Shown: positions 16,757 through 27,400 of the stretch, one piece after another | Layout of the letters: each line of letters starts with the position of its first letter | Numbering within the stretch: the first letter of the stretch is position 1 | Virus record (IMG/VR): IMGVR_UViG_3300020048_000093 | Span: 1 to 64,000 of that record | Length of the DNA stretch: 64,000 nucleotides | DNA from: a virus | Taxonomy: Duplodnaviria; Caudoviricetes | Strand: one strand, 5' to 3' | Made by a program: the position numbers and the translations under genes | The notes under the pieces: model-generated | Database searches by the model: none | Seen by the model: the letters and a program-made list of their open reading frames with translations, nothing else | Told to the model about the DNA's origin: nothing

Positions 16757-16918
16757 ATGACCGAAGCGTGTCCATATTGCTTAAAGCCTATAACATGGAT
16801 GCGCAACATCGAGTTCGAACTGATTATGGTCGAACGCGAAGTTACTGAAGTGATAACTGAGAGCGGACGGAAGATTAAAGGTCAGAAGCCGCATATATGC
16901 CAAAAGGAAGGGGAATAG
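16757..16918 (+). CDS. Zinc-ribbon microprotein (53 aa, not in ORF track)
   Basis: RBS GGAGG; CPYC ... SGRKIKG..PHIC. Confidence 0.65.
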   Translation: MTEACPYCLKPITWMRNIEFELIMVEREVTEVITESGRKIKGQKPHICQKEGE

Positions 16919-17151
16919 TGGGACAACCGGCAAAGCCAGAGCTGCACGAATACATCGATGACCTTTTCCGTCAAGAAGTATTCGGCAGCGTGACCTTCCG
17001 CTTCCAGAAGGGGATTCTTGAGGGGATAAGCGAAAACCTTGAAATAAAGATGCCAGATATCGTTGACGCCTACCGGGCGGGAGATACCCTATTAAAAAAA
17101 AAGGTTCTGATAGTACGCAGGAACCAAATACAAATGGATAAAATCGATTGA
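16918..17151 (+). CDS. Hypothetical protein (DUF2292-like strand motif possible)
   Basis: GTG overlapping upstream stop; FGSVTFRFQKGIL. Confidence 0.5.
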   Translation: MGQPAKPELHEYIDDLFRQEVFGSVTFRFQKGILEGISENLEIKMPDIVDAYRAGDTLLKKKVLIVRRNQIQMDKID

Positions 17152-17438
17152 ATACCTATATTTACGGGTTAATCATAGCGTTGTTTGCTATATTGCTGCT
17201 GATACTTGCGGTAGGGTCGGCATGGATCAATCTGTTTGACGAGGAAGCCATAATGCAATGCAAAAAGTGCGGGGAAAGTGTAAAATACATAAAGAGTCAT
17301 GACAACACAGAAGTGTATACCGTTGAAACAACCATCATACAGGTGGTAAAGAGCAACGGGAGAGAAGTGGGCGGGTATCTGCTCCATGTATGTGAGGCAA
17401 CAGGAAAGTACAATGACACCAACAAAGAAACCGACTAA
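17148..17438 (+). CDS. TM helix fused to zinc-ribbon domain paralogous to 16757..16918
   Basis: N-terminal hydrophobic helix; CKKC ... SNGREVGGYLLHVC; internal RBS GAGGA + ATG at 17253. Confidence 0.6.
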   Translation: MNTYIYGLIIALFAILLLILAVGSAWINLFDEEAIMQCKKCGESVKYIKSHDNTEVYTVETTIIQVVKSNGREVGGYLLHVCEATGKYNDTNKETD

Positions 17439-18267
17439 ACCGAAAAAACCGGCCAGTAAAGCAAAAGCACCAAAGAAGACCGAGACAAAGCCGAAAACGG
17501 CCGAGACAGGCAAACCTGCAAGGAAACCGAGAGGAAAAGCCGTTACAGAGGGGGAAAAGAACACTCTTCCAGACGGAACCATCATAGACCTGGATTCCCT
17601 CGACTACGGGGAGGATGCAAAGCTCACTCTTCAACAAAAAAGGTTTGTGTTTTGGTATACCTACCCGGACAATATAGGCTTTATGTGCCAGGCAAAGGCG
17701 GCGCGATTGGCCGGATATTCCCCAGCACGGGTAGCAAACGCCGGATACAAGCTCATGAGGGTCCCAGAAGTACAAAAGGCAATCAAAATGGTGCTGGACT
17801 TAACGGTAAAGACGGATCTCGTAGAACAATACCATCAAACATTCGAGCGGCTCAAAATACAGGCGCATTACAACATTGCCGATTACTACAAGAAAGAAAC
17901 ACGCTTTCGGAAAGAAACGATTAACGGTAAGGAAGTTGATATACCCTATGATATAGAGGTATTAAAAGACCTTGATGAACTTACACCCTTGCAGCTCAAA
18001 GCTATCGATAATGTCGATTACAGGTCTCAAAAGGGAATTCGGGTGTATGTAATGGGTGATCGGTACAGAGCCATGCAATCCCTTATCGATATGTACAACA
18101 AAGTGTATGGTGACAAGGAAAAAGACGGCTTCGATGTAACCTTGACTGCTGAAATAATCAAGGAACGACTATCGGCAAGAATCGAGATCCGGAAGAAAAA
18201 CGCTGAAGCCTCAAGGAACGCAGAGGGCTATTTTGATGCACCGTCATCATTGCCGCAAGAAGAATAG
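17413..18267 (+). CDS. terS: Terminase small subunit
   Basis: LTLQQKRFV..Y...AKAARLAGYS HTH; immediately upstream of terL; K/P-rich N-terminal extension. Confidence 0.8.
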   Translation: MTPTKKPTKPKKPASKAKAPKKTETKPKTAETGKPARKPRGKAVTEGEKNTLPDGTIIDLDSLDYGEDAKLTLQQKRFVFWYTYPDNIGFMCQAKAARLAGYSPARVANAGYKLMRVPEVQKAIKMVLDLTVKTDLVEQYHQTFERLKIQAHYNIADYYKKETRFRKETINGKEVDIPYDIEVLKDLDELTPLQLKAIDNVDYRSQKGIRVYVMGDRYRAMQSLIDMYNKVYGDKEKDGFDVTLTAEIIKERLSARIEIRKKNAEASRNAEGYFDAPSSLPQEE

Positions 18268-18330
18268 AATCTACCAAAAAACCATTATAATGCTATTATG
18301 TGGCGACGTATGGAGATAAAACGAGGTTAA

Positions 18331-19929
18331 ATGGCAACTAACGGGCCTTTGTGGACACCAGAAGAAAAACTCAACTACATCGGAGCCTTTGTAAACGTCG
18401 ATGATAAGCCACTGGATCTTGATTTCTGGCAAGAGGACTTCATAAAGACAAACTGCAAGTATTCGGTATTACTGAAAAGCAGACGCACGGGGTTTTCGTT
18501 CGCAACCGGCTTGAAGGGTTTTATCAAGGCAATGGACCCTGCCCGTATCAAGTATGTCCGGCAATTTGTATCCTACAATGAGGATGATGCCAAAGAGAAA
18601 ATCAATTATGCCCGTGAGTTTTACAATTCGATCCCGAAAGAATACAAAAAGCCGCTCATATCTGATACCAAAACGCAGATGGAATTCCTGGATGCAAACG
18701 GGAAAACAACCAGCCGACTGATATCCATTGCGTGCCGGCCGCCTCGTGGTAAGGGCGGGGATATCGTATTCGACGAAATGGGCATATTCCCTGCGAATAA
18801 GGCGAAAGTCATCTATACAGCCGGCCTTCCGGTAATAGCCCGTGGCGGATGCATAGAAGTTGGAAGCACGCCTCTTGGTAAAATCGGCATGTTCTATGAC
18901 CTTTGTACGGATAAAACAAAATACAGCGAGTATGCCAGGGTATTTGTCCCGTGGTGGTTCTCATCGGCCTTGTGTAATGACCACAGAAACGCGCCAAAAA
19001 TTGCGTCGTCAATGGATACCGAAGAGCGTGTCGCCTTTTTTGGTCTACCGGCCCTGAAGAGTATCTACAACTCAATGTTTCTTGAAGACTTCCAGCAGGA
19101 ATTCGAATGTTCTTTCGTAGACGGTGCCAGTAGTTATATCACATTTGACCTGATTCACGACAATACTCCGGGCATGCGGTCGAATGATCGTGCAGCAGAG
19201 CTGGGTGAAGAAGATGACGAATCTGACATGGAGATTCATGCCTTCAGGGACGTTGATTCCTTGCTCATAGGCTACGATCCGTCCATACATGGTACTTTGT
19301 ATCTCGGGTATGACGTTGCACGCCGTAGAGACGCGGCTGTGGTGTTTGCCATCGGAGTAACACCAGAAGGAAAGAAGCGCAGCGTGGCAGAAATCGAGAT
19401 GACTAATACGAAGTTTGAAGTCCAGCTCGACGTTATCCGGAAAATTATGAAGCATCTTCCCGTTGTCCGTATCTGCATGGACCAGACCGGCCAGGGTGAA
19501 CCGCTTTGTGAACGGCTGGAAGATGAATTCGGAATAGCACGGGTTGAAGGGATTATTTTCGGGCCGGAGTCAAAAGAGATAATGGCCATCGGTGTTCGGT
19601 CCGGTCTTGAACAGAAAGAGTATTTACTTCAAAATGACCCTAAGTTCCATAAGCAAATTCATTCCATAAAAAGGATTGTTACAATTGCCGGACGTTTCCG
19701 GTATGATGCACAGAGGGACGAGACGGGTCACGCAGATAGTTTTTGGGCATGGGCATTGGCAAGTTACGCGGTTTCATCCATAAAGCAAATCGCAACAAAG
19801 AAAAACGACTTCTACAAACAGTATGCAGACAAGAAGGCCGGGAAAATAGAGAGCGTATCCGATAAAAAGAAGGAAGCCAGACCTCGTTCACAAGCTGCGG
19901 TACTGGCAAGATTCAGGAGGGACCGGTAA
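18331..19929 (+). CDS. terL: Terminase large subunit (Terminase_6 family)
   Basis: LKSRRTGFS P-loop, IVFDEMG Walker B, GSTPLG, nuclease LGYDVARRRD, D.TG, HADSFWA. Confidence 0.95.
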   Translation: MATNGPLWTPEEKLNYIGAFVNVDDKPLDLDFWQEDFIKTNCKYSVLLKSRRTGFSFATGLKGFIKAMDPARIKYVRQFVSYNEDDAKEKINYAREFYNSIPKEYKKPLISDTKTQMEFLDANGKTTSRLISIACRPPRGKGGDIVFDEMGIFPANKAKVIYTAGLPVIARGGCIEVGSTPLGKIGMFYDLCTDKTKYSEYARVFVPWWFSSALCNDHRNAPKIASSMDTEERVAFFGLPALKSIYNSMFLEDFQQEFECSFVDGASSYITFDLIHDNTPGMRSNDRAAELGEEDDESDMEIHAFRDVDSLLIGYDPSIHGTLYLGYDVARRRDAAVVFAIGVTPEGKKRSVAEIEMTNTKFEVQLDVIRKIMKHLPVVRICMDQTGQGEPLCERLEDEFGIARVEGIIFGPESKEIMAIGVRSGLEQKEYLLQNDPKFHKQIHSIKRIVTIAGRFRYDAQRDETGHADSFWAWALASYAVSSIKQIATKKNDFYKQYADKKAGKIESVSDKKKEARPRSQAAVLARFRRDR

Positions 19930-21633
19930 ATGGGGATGATAAATATATCGCAAGATGAACTTGTGGCGCATTTGAGAAAGTCAGGGATAATTAAAAAAGA
20001 GAACAAGTCCATCGTTCCGATGAGGAATGTCACCAAACAAGTTGAAGAAACAAAATCCGTTACAATAAACCCCTTTAACCGGCTCATGCAGCGCGGGGGC
20101 AAGAATGTTATTGAGCCTAACCGAAAGATCACCTATCAGGTATTGCGAACGGTATCGGAAAAGGCATGGATCATAAATCTCATTATCGGGCACCTTATAG
20201 CACAGACTCGCCCCTTCATGAAGGCCTCGACCGACAATAATGTCCGGGGATATCAGGTACGGCTCAAGGACAAAGACCATGCGCCTAATGCCAAAGAGAA
20301 GGAATTGATAAAGACCTATACTGAATTCTTCCAGCGCACTGGTTTTGGAGTGGACCCTGAACGGGAAGACAACCTGGTGAACTATTCCGCGAAGATAATC
20401 CGCGATGCGCTCACGCTTGATCAGGTTACCACCGAAATACAGAGAACGCGCGGAACGCAAGTTTACGCCTTCTGGGCGATTGACCCGGCAACCATCTATA
20501 AATGTTCAGAAGAGGGATACAACGGGGATGACAAAATCAAGTTCATCCAGGAAATTGACCTTGTAACAACCGCTTATTATACCCGTGATGATCTGATATT
20601 TGACTATCAGCACCCACGGTCAGACGTGAATCATTCGGGATACGGTTATTCGGTTGTCGAACAGGCCATAGACCTGATTACCGGTATGATCAACTCATAT
20701 ATTTACAATATGGGGTTTTTCACTGAAGACAAGCTCCCTCGCGGTATGCTTCTGCTTCAGGGTGACGCGGACATGGAAGAGGTGGAGGCCATTGAAGACT
20801 ATCTGGTCAACATTATGTCTGGCGGACCATCATCGAAATGGCGGGTTCCCATCATACCTGCCGGAAGTACTTCAGGGGAAAACGGAAAGAAATTCGAGTG
20901 GGTAAATCTCCAGGGTTCGAATAAGGACATGGAATTCTCACAGTGGATGGAGTTTATCTGGTCAAGCGTCGCGGCCATGTTCGGGGTTGACCTGGAAGAG
21001 CTCGGCATAAAGACCAGCAAAAGTACTTCTGTCATGGGAGACAACACCGGACCGAAGATAGAGGCCTCGAAATCCAGAGGGCTTAGTTCAACGCTGTCTT
21101 TTTGTGAATCTCACTTCCAGAAAATCCTTGACAAGATTGACCCTCGGTTTGATTTTGAGTTTGTCGGATACGAACGCGACGACCCTACGCTCAAAAATGC
21201 GACACGGGAAGCAGACCTACGCACCTTCAAGACAATAGACGAGCTCAGGGCAGAAGATGACAAGAAGCCTTTCAACCAGCCGTGGTCTACCGTACCGTTA
21301 AATCCCTACGTGGTGCAGCTCATTCAATCCGCTCAACAGCAGCAGGACGGGCAAGGTGGTCCGGAAGACGGTATGCCGCCCGAAGGTTCTGAAGAGCAGG
21401 GACGGGAAGGCGACGATCAAGGTGGAGAAGAACAGGACGCATATCGGAAGCTCATGATGGGCGATGAGAATGAATCTGATGACGCAGAAGATGACGGACC
21501 AAACGAATCAAATACCGACAGCGATGCCAGATTGAGGCCTCCGTCCAAAGAAGAGCTTGCTGGCCGTAAGGGAAGTATTTACGACCAATTCAAGAAGTCA
21601 ATCATAGACGACGTTATAGAGATAATAGTTTAG
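19930..21633 (+). CDS. Portal protein (SPO1/Twort-like)
   Basis: Follows terL; YGYS.VE.A, FF....PRGML, KDMEFSQW, SKSRGL; acidic C-terminal tail. Confidence 0.9.
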   Translation: MGMINISQDELVAHLRKSGIIKKENKSIVPMRNVTKQVEETKSVTINPFNRLMQRGGKNVIEPNRKITYQVLRTVSEKAWIINLIIGHLIAQTRPFMKASTDNNVRGYQVRLKDKDHAPNAKEKELIKTYTEFFQRTGFGVDPEREDNLVNYSAKIIRDALTLDQVTTEIQRTRGTQVYAFWAIDPATIYKCSEEGYNGDDKIKFIQEIDLVTTAYYTRDDLIFDYQHPRSDVNHSGYGYSVVEQAIDLITGMINSYIYNMGFFTEDKLPRGMLLLQGDADMEEVEAIEDYLVNIMSGGPSSKWRVPIIPAGSTSGENGKKFEWVNLQGSNKDMEFSQWMEFIWSSVAAMFGVDLEELGIKTSKSTSVMGDNTGPKIEASKSRGLSSTLSFCESHFQKILDKIDPRFDFEFVGYERDDPTLKNATREADLRTFKTIDELRAEDDKKPFNQPWSTVPLNPYVVQLIQSAQQQQDGQGGPEDGMPPEGSEEQGREGDDQGGEEQDAYRKLMMGDENESDDAEDDGPNESNTDSDARLRPPSKEELAGRKGSIYDQFKKSIIDDVIEIIV

Positions 21634-21651
21634 CCAAAACGGGGGTTTTAT

Positions 21652-23121
21652 ATGATTTTGGTACGTGTAAATAAAGCAATGATCGATGCGTTGATGGAAA
21701 AGTCTCGCAAAGGGACGCATTTGGTCCCTGAAAAGAGAATAGTTACCCGTGACGGAAAGACCTTCCAGATGACTGTGTGGGTGGATCCCAGGGACAAAGC
21801 GGCACCGGCGCAGGGTGGTTTTGACTTTGATGAAAAACCCGTTGCAAAGAAGAATACCAAAACAGCTGCGGAAATGAATAAAGAAGTATCTGATAAACGA
21901 AAAAAGGACGCCTCCTATGAATATCGAGCGAAAGGCGATATGGTACAGGTAAGGAAGCCAGGTTCTTCTACATGGGACAATCTTGCACCTACAAAGGATG
22001 CCGTTACAGCAAAAAAGCTTTCGGAAAAAATGAATGATGATGACGCTTCAGAAGCGCAGATCGACGCAGGTGGGGAAGCCGCACGAGCTCAGGATGACTT
22101 CGCCGAACACATGATTGGCAAGGGAAATCTAAAATCTGGTAAACTAAAGGATATATCAGTATTGCTCGATAGGCAATTTGGTGTAGATTTGTTGCCAGAA
22201 GAGGTTTCTGATTATCTCAGCAAACACGGCATCAGTGATAAAGGTCTTTCAGTTGATATAGCCGCTTCGATAAGCAAGAAACTGAGATCAGACCTTGTTG
22301 GCTTGGCAGGTGGCGGACATACGGTACCAAAAGTTACAACGACCGAAAAAGCAAATCGTACGCGAAGTGAGATACTCAAGGAAGCAAGCTTAGCCTTGGA
22401 TGAAGTAAGAAATTTCCACTATCACGGAGACAAATTCAATACAACATACGAGTTGGCACGTGCAATTGGAAACGGTGAGATTGACACTGCATCCGCCTTG
22501 CATGAAGTTCGCGAAGCGTTCTCCATGATGACAAACCGCAAGCTGCACAATGGGAAGTTCCCAGATACTTACGCGATTGCAAACGCTATAGACGAATTGA
22601 AGAAACCAAGCAATGAAACCCTTGAACAGAAAAAGGTTAAAACTTCTGTAGAACCAGAAGTAACCTATGAAAAATATCATCATCACGGAGATGACGATGC
22701 AATGAACTACAAGGAAATGCCAAAGGATACGCCAAAAGAATCCGTCAAAAAAAACGAAAGCCTTCTTTCAAAGCTTGGGATCGGGCCAGTTACGGAAGCT
22801 GAAAATGAAGAATTTGAACAGTTTATGGTTTGGGAAAAGGAAAATAAATATCAAGCAAGGAATAGCAGCAGTCCGTATCAGGCAAGAAAGGACCTAAAAA
22901 AAATACAGGAGCTAATGGAGATACATCCTGTTGTTTTGATTCCTGTGATGGAAAAATTGTATGCGCAGGGGGTGAATTCCGACGCACTTGCGCCTTTCGT
23001 GAGTATAATTAAAAAAACGCGAGAGACAGGTAGTCCTTTTACGGTAGATAAGCCCATGAAATTCGGTATAGAAAAGTCTATCGGCCTGTTCGTCCAGGGT
23101 ATGATTAAGGGCAAAAAATAA
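21652..23121 (+). CDS. Head-region protein with the shared N-terminal LxK[SA]...WVDP tag
   Basis: LMEKSRKGTHLVPEKRIVTRDGKTFQMTVWVDP; remainder not recognisable. Confidence 0.7.
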   Translation: MILVRVNKAMIDALMEKSRKGTHLVPEKRIVTRDGKTFQMTVWVDPRDKAAPAQGGFDFDEKPVAKKNTKTAAEMNKEVSDKRKKDASYEYRAKGDMVQVRKPGSSTWDNLAPTKDAVTAKKLSEKMNDDDASEAQIDAGGEAARAQDDFAEHMIGKGNLKSGKLKDISVLLDRQFGVDLLPEEVSDYLSKHGISDKGLSVDIAASISKKLRSDLVGLAGGGHTVPKVTTTEKANRTRSEILKEASLALDEVRNFHYHGDKFNTTYELARAIGNGEIDTASALHEVREAFSMMTNRKLHNGKFPDTYAIANAIDELKKPSNETLEQKKVKTSVEPEVTYEKYHHHGDDDAMNYKEMPKDTPKESVKKNESLLSKLGIGPVTEAENEEFEQFMVWEKENKYQARNSSSPYQARKDLKKIQELMEIHPVVLIPVMEKLYAQGVNSDALAPFVSIIKKTRETGSPFTVDKPMKFGIEKSIGLFVQGMIKGKK

Positions 23122-23123
23122 GC

Positions 23124-24458
23124 ATGGAATATAAACTCACAGTCCAGAACGTCAACGATACCAACCGGCGACATAAATACCTGGCGGCGGTAGATTCTCT
23201 GGCCAAGGCCATGAAGGTACCGGTGTCGCTCAAGCCAAAGAAGTCCGACAAGGAAGAGAAATTCCCGTATCGTTCCTATCAGGATCTTGTGCAAAAGTGG
23301 GTTTATTACTATGCCGGTATGCTGGACCAGATATATGATACGGCTTGTGAGGTGTTTGACCTTCCAAAGATTCAGACATTCAGCAAGGCTGCGTATTCTG
23401 GAAAGCTCATGTACAAGGGCAAGATTCTATATCAGCCAGACACCGGATTGCCGATAACCAACAAACAGTGGAATGACTTCGTAAAGGCACTGGACCGGTA
23501 TCTTAATCAAGGGCTTGAGAATGCCGGAGACAGAATCGTTCTTGATTCGCAAGCCCTCGGGAAAATCCTTGATCGTATGCTCAAATACCAGTCATGGGGC
23601 GGGATAAAAAACACCAGATTGGAAGACATGCTTTACAAGAAACATAATTTTGACTATTTATCCGATGAAAGAAACTATCGCAAGGTGTTCGGGGTTCCGG
23701 ATTATGAGGCAGACCGACTGACCGTGGCAAAAGAGCATTGCGCCATGTATATTCGGGGTATTGAGGATCAAACCAGGACGGCGATAAAAAAGACTTTCAT
23801 AGCCGGAATAAAGGAGCGGAAGTCAAAAAGTGCCGTCTCCCAGGATTTGTTCGACAAGTTCGGATCATTGAATAAGGACTGGCAGCGGATAGTTGAAACG
23901 GAAACAAACGACAATTTGAACACCGGAATACTGTTATCAGAACGAACGGTAATGAAAGAAGGCGATAAGCTCTATTTCCAGCGCATTGAAATGAAGGATG
24001 AAATAACTTGCGATCACTGCAACCGGATAAACGGCATGGTGGTGTTATGGTCAGATACGGCTCTTGAAGACGAAAGAATTCAAGACCAATATGCTGACGT
24101 AGCGATATGGGAAGGAAAGACCCGCGTGGGACATGGATCGAAAGACGAATGGGTAGCGGCCGGCAGTCAGCATCCCTGGTGCAGGGGGCTATGGACAAAG
24201 TGGAATCAACCGGAAGAAGGCGAGACAATCAGCCTGCATGACGCGGCCATAGCAAAGATGAAAAGCCGTGAAGCAGCATGGGGAGCAGCGGTAAAACAGG
24301 CAACTTCCGAATTCAACAATAGCGGTACTAAGAACCCGGACGATACGACGGCCGGCTTCCGTGAACGGATCAACGAGCTTTACAATGCTTCGGGCGAAAA
24401 CGATAAGGGCAAGTGGGCGAAGGACTGGTTCAAGAATAACTGGCAAGGAGACGAATGA
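23124..24458 (+). CDS. Phage head morphogenesis (MuF/gpF-like minor capsid) protein
   Basis: KDWQRIVETET, CDHC...NG, HPWCRG; position after portal. Confidence 0.8.
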   Translation: MEYKLTVQNVNDTNRRHKYLAAVDSLAKAMKVPVSLKPKKSDKEEKFPYRSYQDLVQKWVYYYAGMLDQIYDTACEVFDLPKIQTFSKAAYSGKLMYKGKILYQPDTGLPITNKQWNDFVKALDRYLNQGLENAGDRIVLDSQALGKILDRMLKYQSWGGIKNTRLEDMLYKKHNFDYLSDERNYRKVFGVPDYEADRLTVAKEHCAMYIRGIEDQTRTAIKKTFIAGIKERKSKSAVSQDLFDKFGSLNKDWQRIVETETNDNLNTGILLSERTVMKEGDKLYFQRIEMKDEITCDHCNRINGMVVLWSDTALEDERIQDQYADVAIWEGKTRVGHGSKDEWVAAGSQHPWCRGLWTKWNQPEEGETISLHDAAIAKMKSREAAWGAAVKQATSEFNNSGTKNPDDTTAGFRERINELYNASGENDKGKWAKDWFKNNWQGDE

Positions 24459-27400
24459 TGAATGCATTCCAAAGACTAATGATACCGGTTCAAGATATGC
24501 TAGAAAAGGCTCGGCGATATAACCCGAAACTGGTACAGAGAACAATAACCGTTACGAATAAAGACGGAACAACATACACCAAGCGGGCATGGGTAGACCC
24601 TACCGAAAAGGACGCTGAAAAGCCGAAGAATGTACAGTTCGATCTTTTCGGAGGCGACGATGCCCCTATTCTCGCCGTTTCGGTGGAAAAAAAGGCCGAT
24701 AGCGGCACGGTGAATAACCGGACAGATACAGGAGAGGAATCGAACGATATCAAGAGCGTTCGGCAGCGTGTTTTCAATTCCATGAAAAGAGAAGGGTATA
24801 CTCAAAAAGAGGCGGATTACAGTACTGAATTCAAGAAACGGGTGTCAGATACTCTCAAAAAGAAAGCAGAAATCAGTGCCCGAAACAGGGAAAAAACCAA
24901 TGTTTTGCCCGTAAAAGGCCCAGAAACTACCCGTAAACAGGTGGAATTACCTGAAATTGAGGGCGAAAAACAAGCCGTTTACGATACCGTACATGAAACC
25001 CCGCCAAGCAACCGTGGTGATTTGGACGTTTCAATAGTTGATACCGACTTCAGGGATTATGGATCATGGTCCGGAAAAGGAAAGAACCTCAATCCAGCTG
25101 CACGAGGAAAGCTCAATCAAGAGGTTGCGGAATTACTTTTGAAAAGCCGGGATTCTCTCACAGAAGAGGACAAGGGAAAGATTCAGAAATATTCAGGCTT
25201 CGGCGGGGTGAAGGCAGCCGACGAGCGCGGGGTGCTTTATGACTTTTACACCTCTCCGCCTGTCGCAAAGATGGCATGGAAGATGCTGGACAAGATAGTT
25301 CCAGTCCAAGCAGGGGAATCGGTGCTTGAACCCTCGTGCGGATCGGGAGTGTTCTTTGACGTTACTCCTGCCGGCGTGGAGAAAACCGGCGTCGAGTTGG
25401 ATACCAGGACGGCCGCAGTTGCCTCTATCCTTCAGGAAGGCGCAAACATACATACCGGATCATTCGAGCAATTCAATATGCACAACACCAAGCGGTTTTC
25501 ACGGGTTATAGGCAATGCGCCTTTCGGGGACCGGTCGGTTACAACCTCATTCATGGATATGCCGGAAGAAAAAAGCCTTGATAAGTATTTTATATCTCGG
25601 TCAATTGACGCTCTTGTGGACGGCGGGTCAATGGGGCTTATTGTGCATCCGGGTGTGCTCGATGGGAAAAGCAACAGGGATTGGCGAGCCGAACTCCAAA
25701 AGAAGGGTCAGTTCATGGGAGCGGTACGGTTGCCGAACGGATCATTTAAGCATACACAGACCGGCGTGCAGCCGGATATGCTTTTTTTCCGCAAGTATCC
25801 CGAAGAGGTCCAGAAGCGACTCGATCAGCTCGATGAGTCCGGCCTGAAGGAAGCGGGTTTCTGGCACGAGGGATGGGCGGAAGGAACCTACTACGATGAA
25901 AACAAGACCCATATCCTCGGGGAGCTAAATGAGGGAGGTGGAAACTGGGGATCGGACGTTGTTGAAGGGGACCTTTCACTATCAGATATGGACAAGGCAA
26001 TAGCGACATTCAATCCAGAACCGGACAAAACAACCGCTGATTTGGACAAACTAAACAGCATGACGACAAAACTGGCCGGCGAAAATAAAAAAGTGGAATC
26101 CATGCTTACCGAATCAGAGGCCGAGGCGGTTGCCTGTAAAACACTTTCCGTTGGCATGACAAAGAGCATTGACGGAAAAGTCTACCGGCTCAATGAAAAC
26201 CATCGTTGGGAACTGGTAAAGGGAGCCGACGAAACAACTTCTGAAAAGCTGGAAAAAGTGAAAGCCATTGCCGAGAAGGTGAAGGCGATCCGGGAAGCGA
26301 TGCATAATGACGAACCGGTAGATGATCTCCAGAGGGAGGCCCGTACTCTGCTCCAGGACTATAAAGATGAGCATGGGACAAACCCGATGGATGACAAGGA
26401 TGTAAAGCGCCTGCTTACGGCCCATGCCTCACTTTCCGGAGTGTACGAGGGCCTGGTCGATATAGATGATGATATTCTCAACAAACAGAATGTATACGCC
26501 AAAGAGATTGATATTGTGGACGGCCATAATCCGGCCGTCACGGCCCTTCTTACCCTGCAGAAAAACATGCTGGAAGCAACACCTGCAAACATACAGAGTT
26601 ACTTTCCAAACGATATCGACGCGCTTATGAAGGAATTACAGGACAACAAAGACTGCTTCCTGACACCTGACGGAAGCTGGGAGCTGCGGGAAGACTTCAT
26701 TGCCGGTGACGCGTGGGTAAAAATTGATGCCCTGAAAGCCGCAATCGAGGAACACGATGGAGATAAATGGGTCAATGAGCGGGCAAAGTGGCAAGCGGGA
26801 ATTACCGATCTGGAAGCGGCAGTTGGCTGGACAAGCATCGAAGAAGCCGAATTTACGCCTCAATCTTCATGGATTCCTGAAGAAATCATAAATAAATGGG
26901 CCAAAGACCCGGACGGAATGGCTATTCAATATGCCCTGTCAGACAAGGTTCTTTCCCGGAACGAAGAGGGAAAGTGGGGCGTCAAGGGAACGAAAGACAA
27001 ATATATCCGTCCCAAAAACTGGCGGGATGAGGGTGAAACGATAGAAGCTGGAACTTGGTACCCATTGAATGACGAAATCGCTTATTTTCTCAATCTGCAA
27101 AAACAGCGATCAAAGAATATCGATACCGAAACGTATGACACCAACGCACGGGAAAACTTCAAGAACTGGGTAGCAAACAATCCGAATGTTCGGATGGAGC
27201 TCGAAGCACTGTTTAACCGTAAGTTCAATTGTGATATCGGTACGCCTACTAAAACCTATGCGGTAAAGATAGACGGTTGGAATCCGTCCGTTATCTTGGG
27301 CGGGCATCAGTGGCAGACGATCCACCACCTCTATCGCGCCGGGAAGGGTATTACGGCTCTAGGTACTGGCTTTGGCAAGACACTGGCTTCGGTTGGCCTT

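Noticed and set aside
18263-18291. TATAAT upstream of terL as a late promoter
   Set aside because: No -35 at proper spacing; only a loose TAGA resemblance to the 16217 and 32179 sites, insufficient to define a motif
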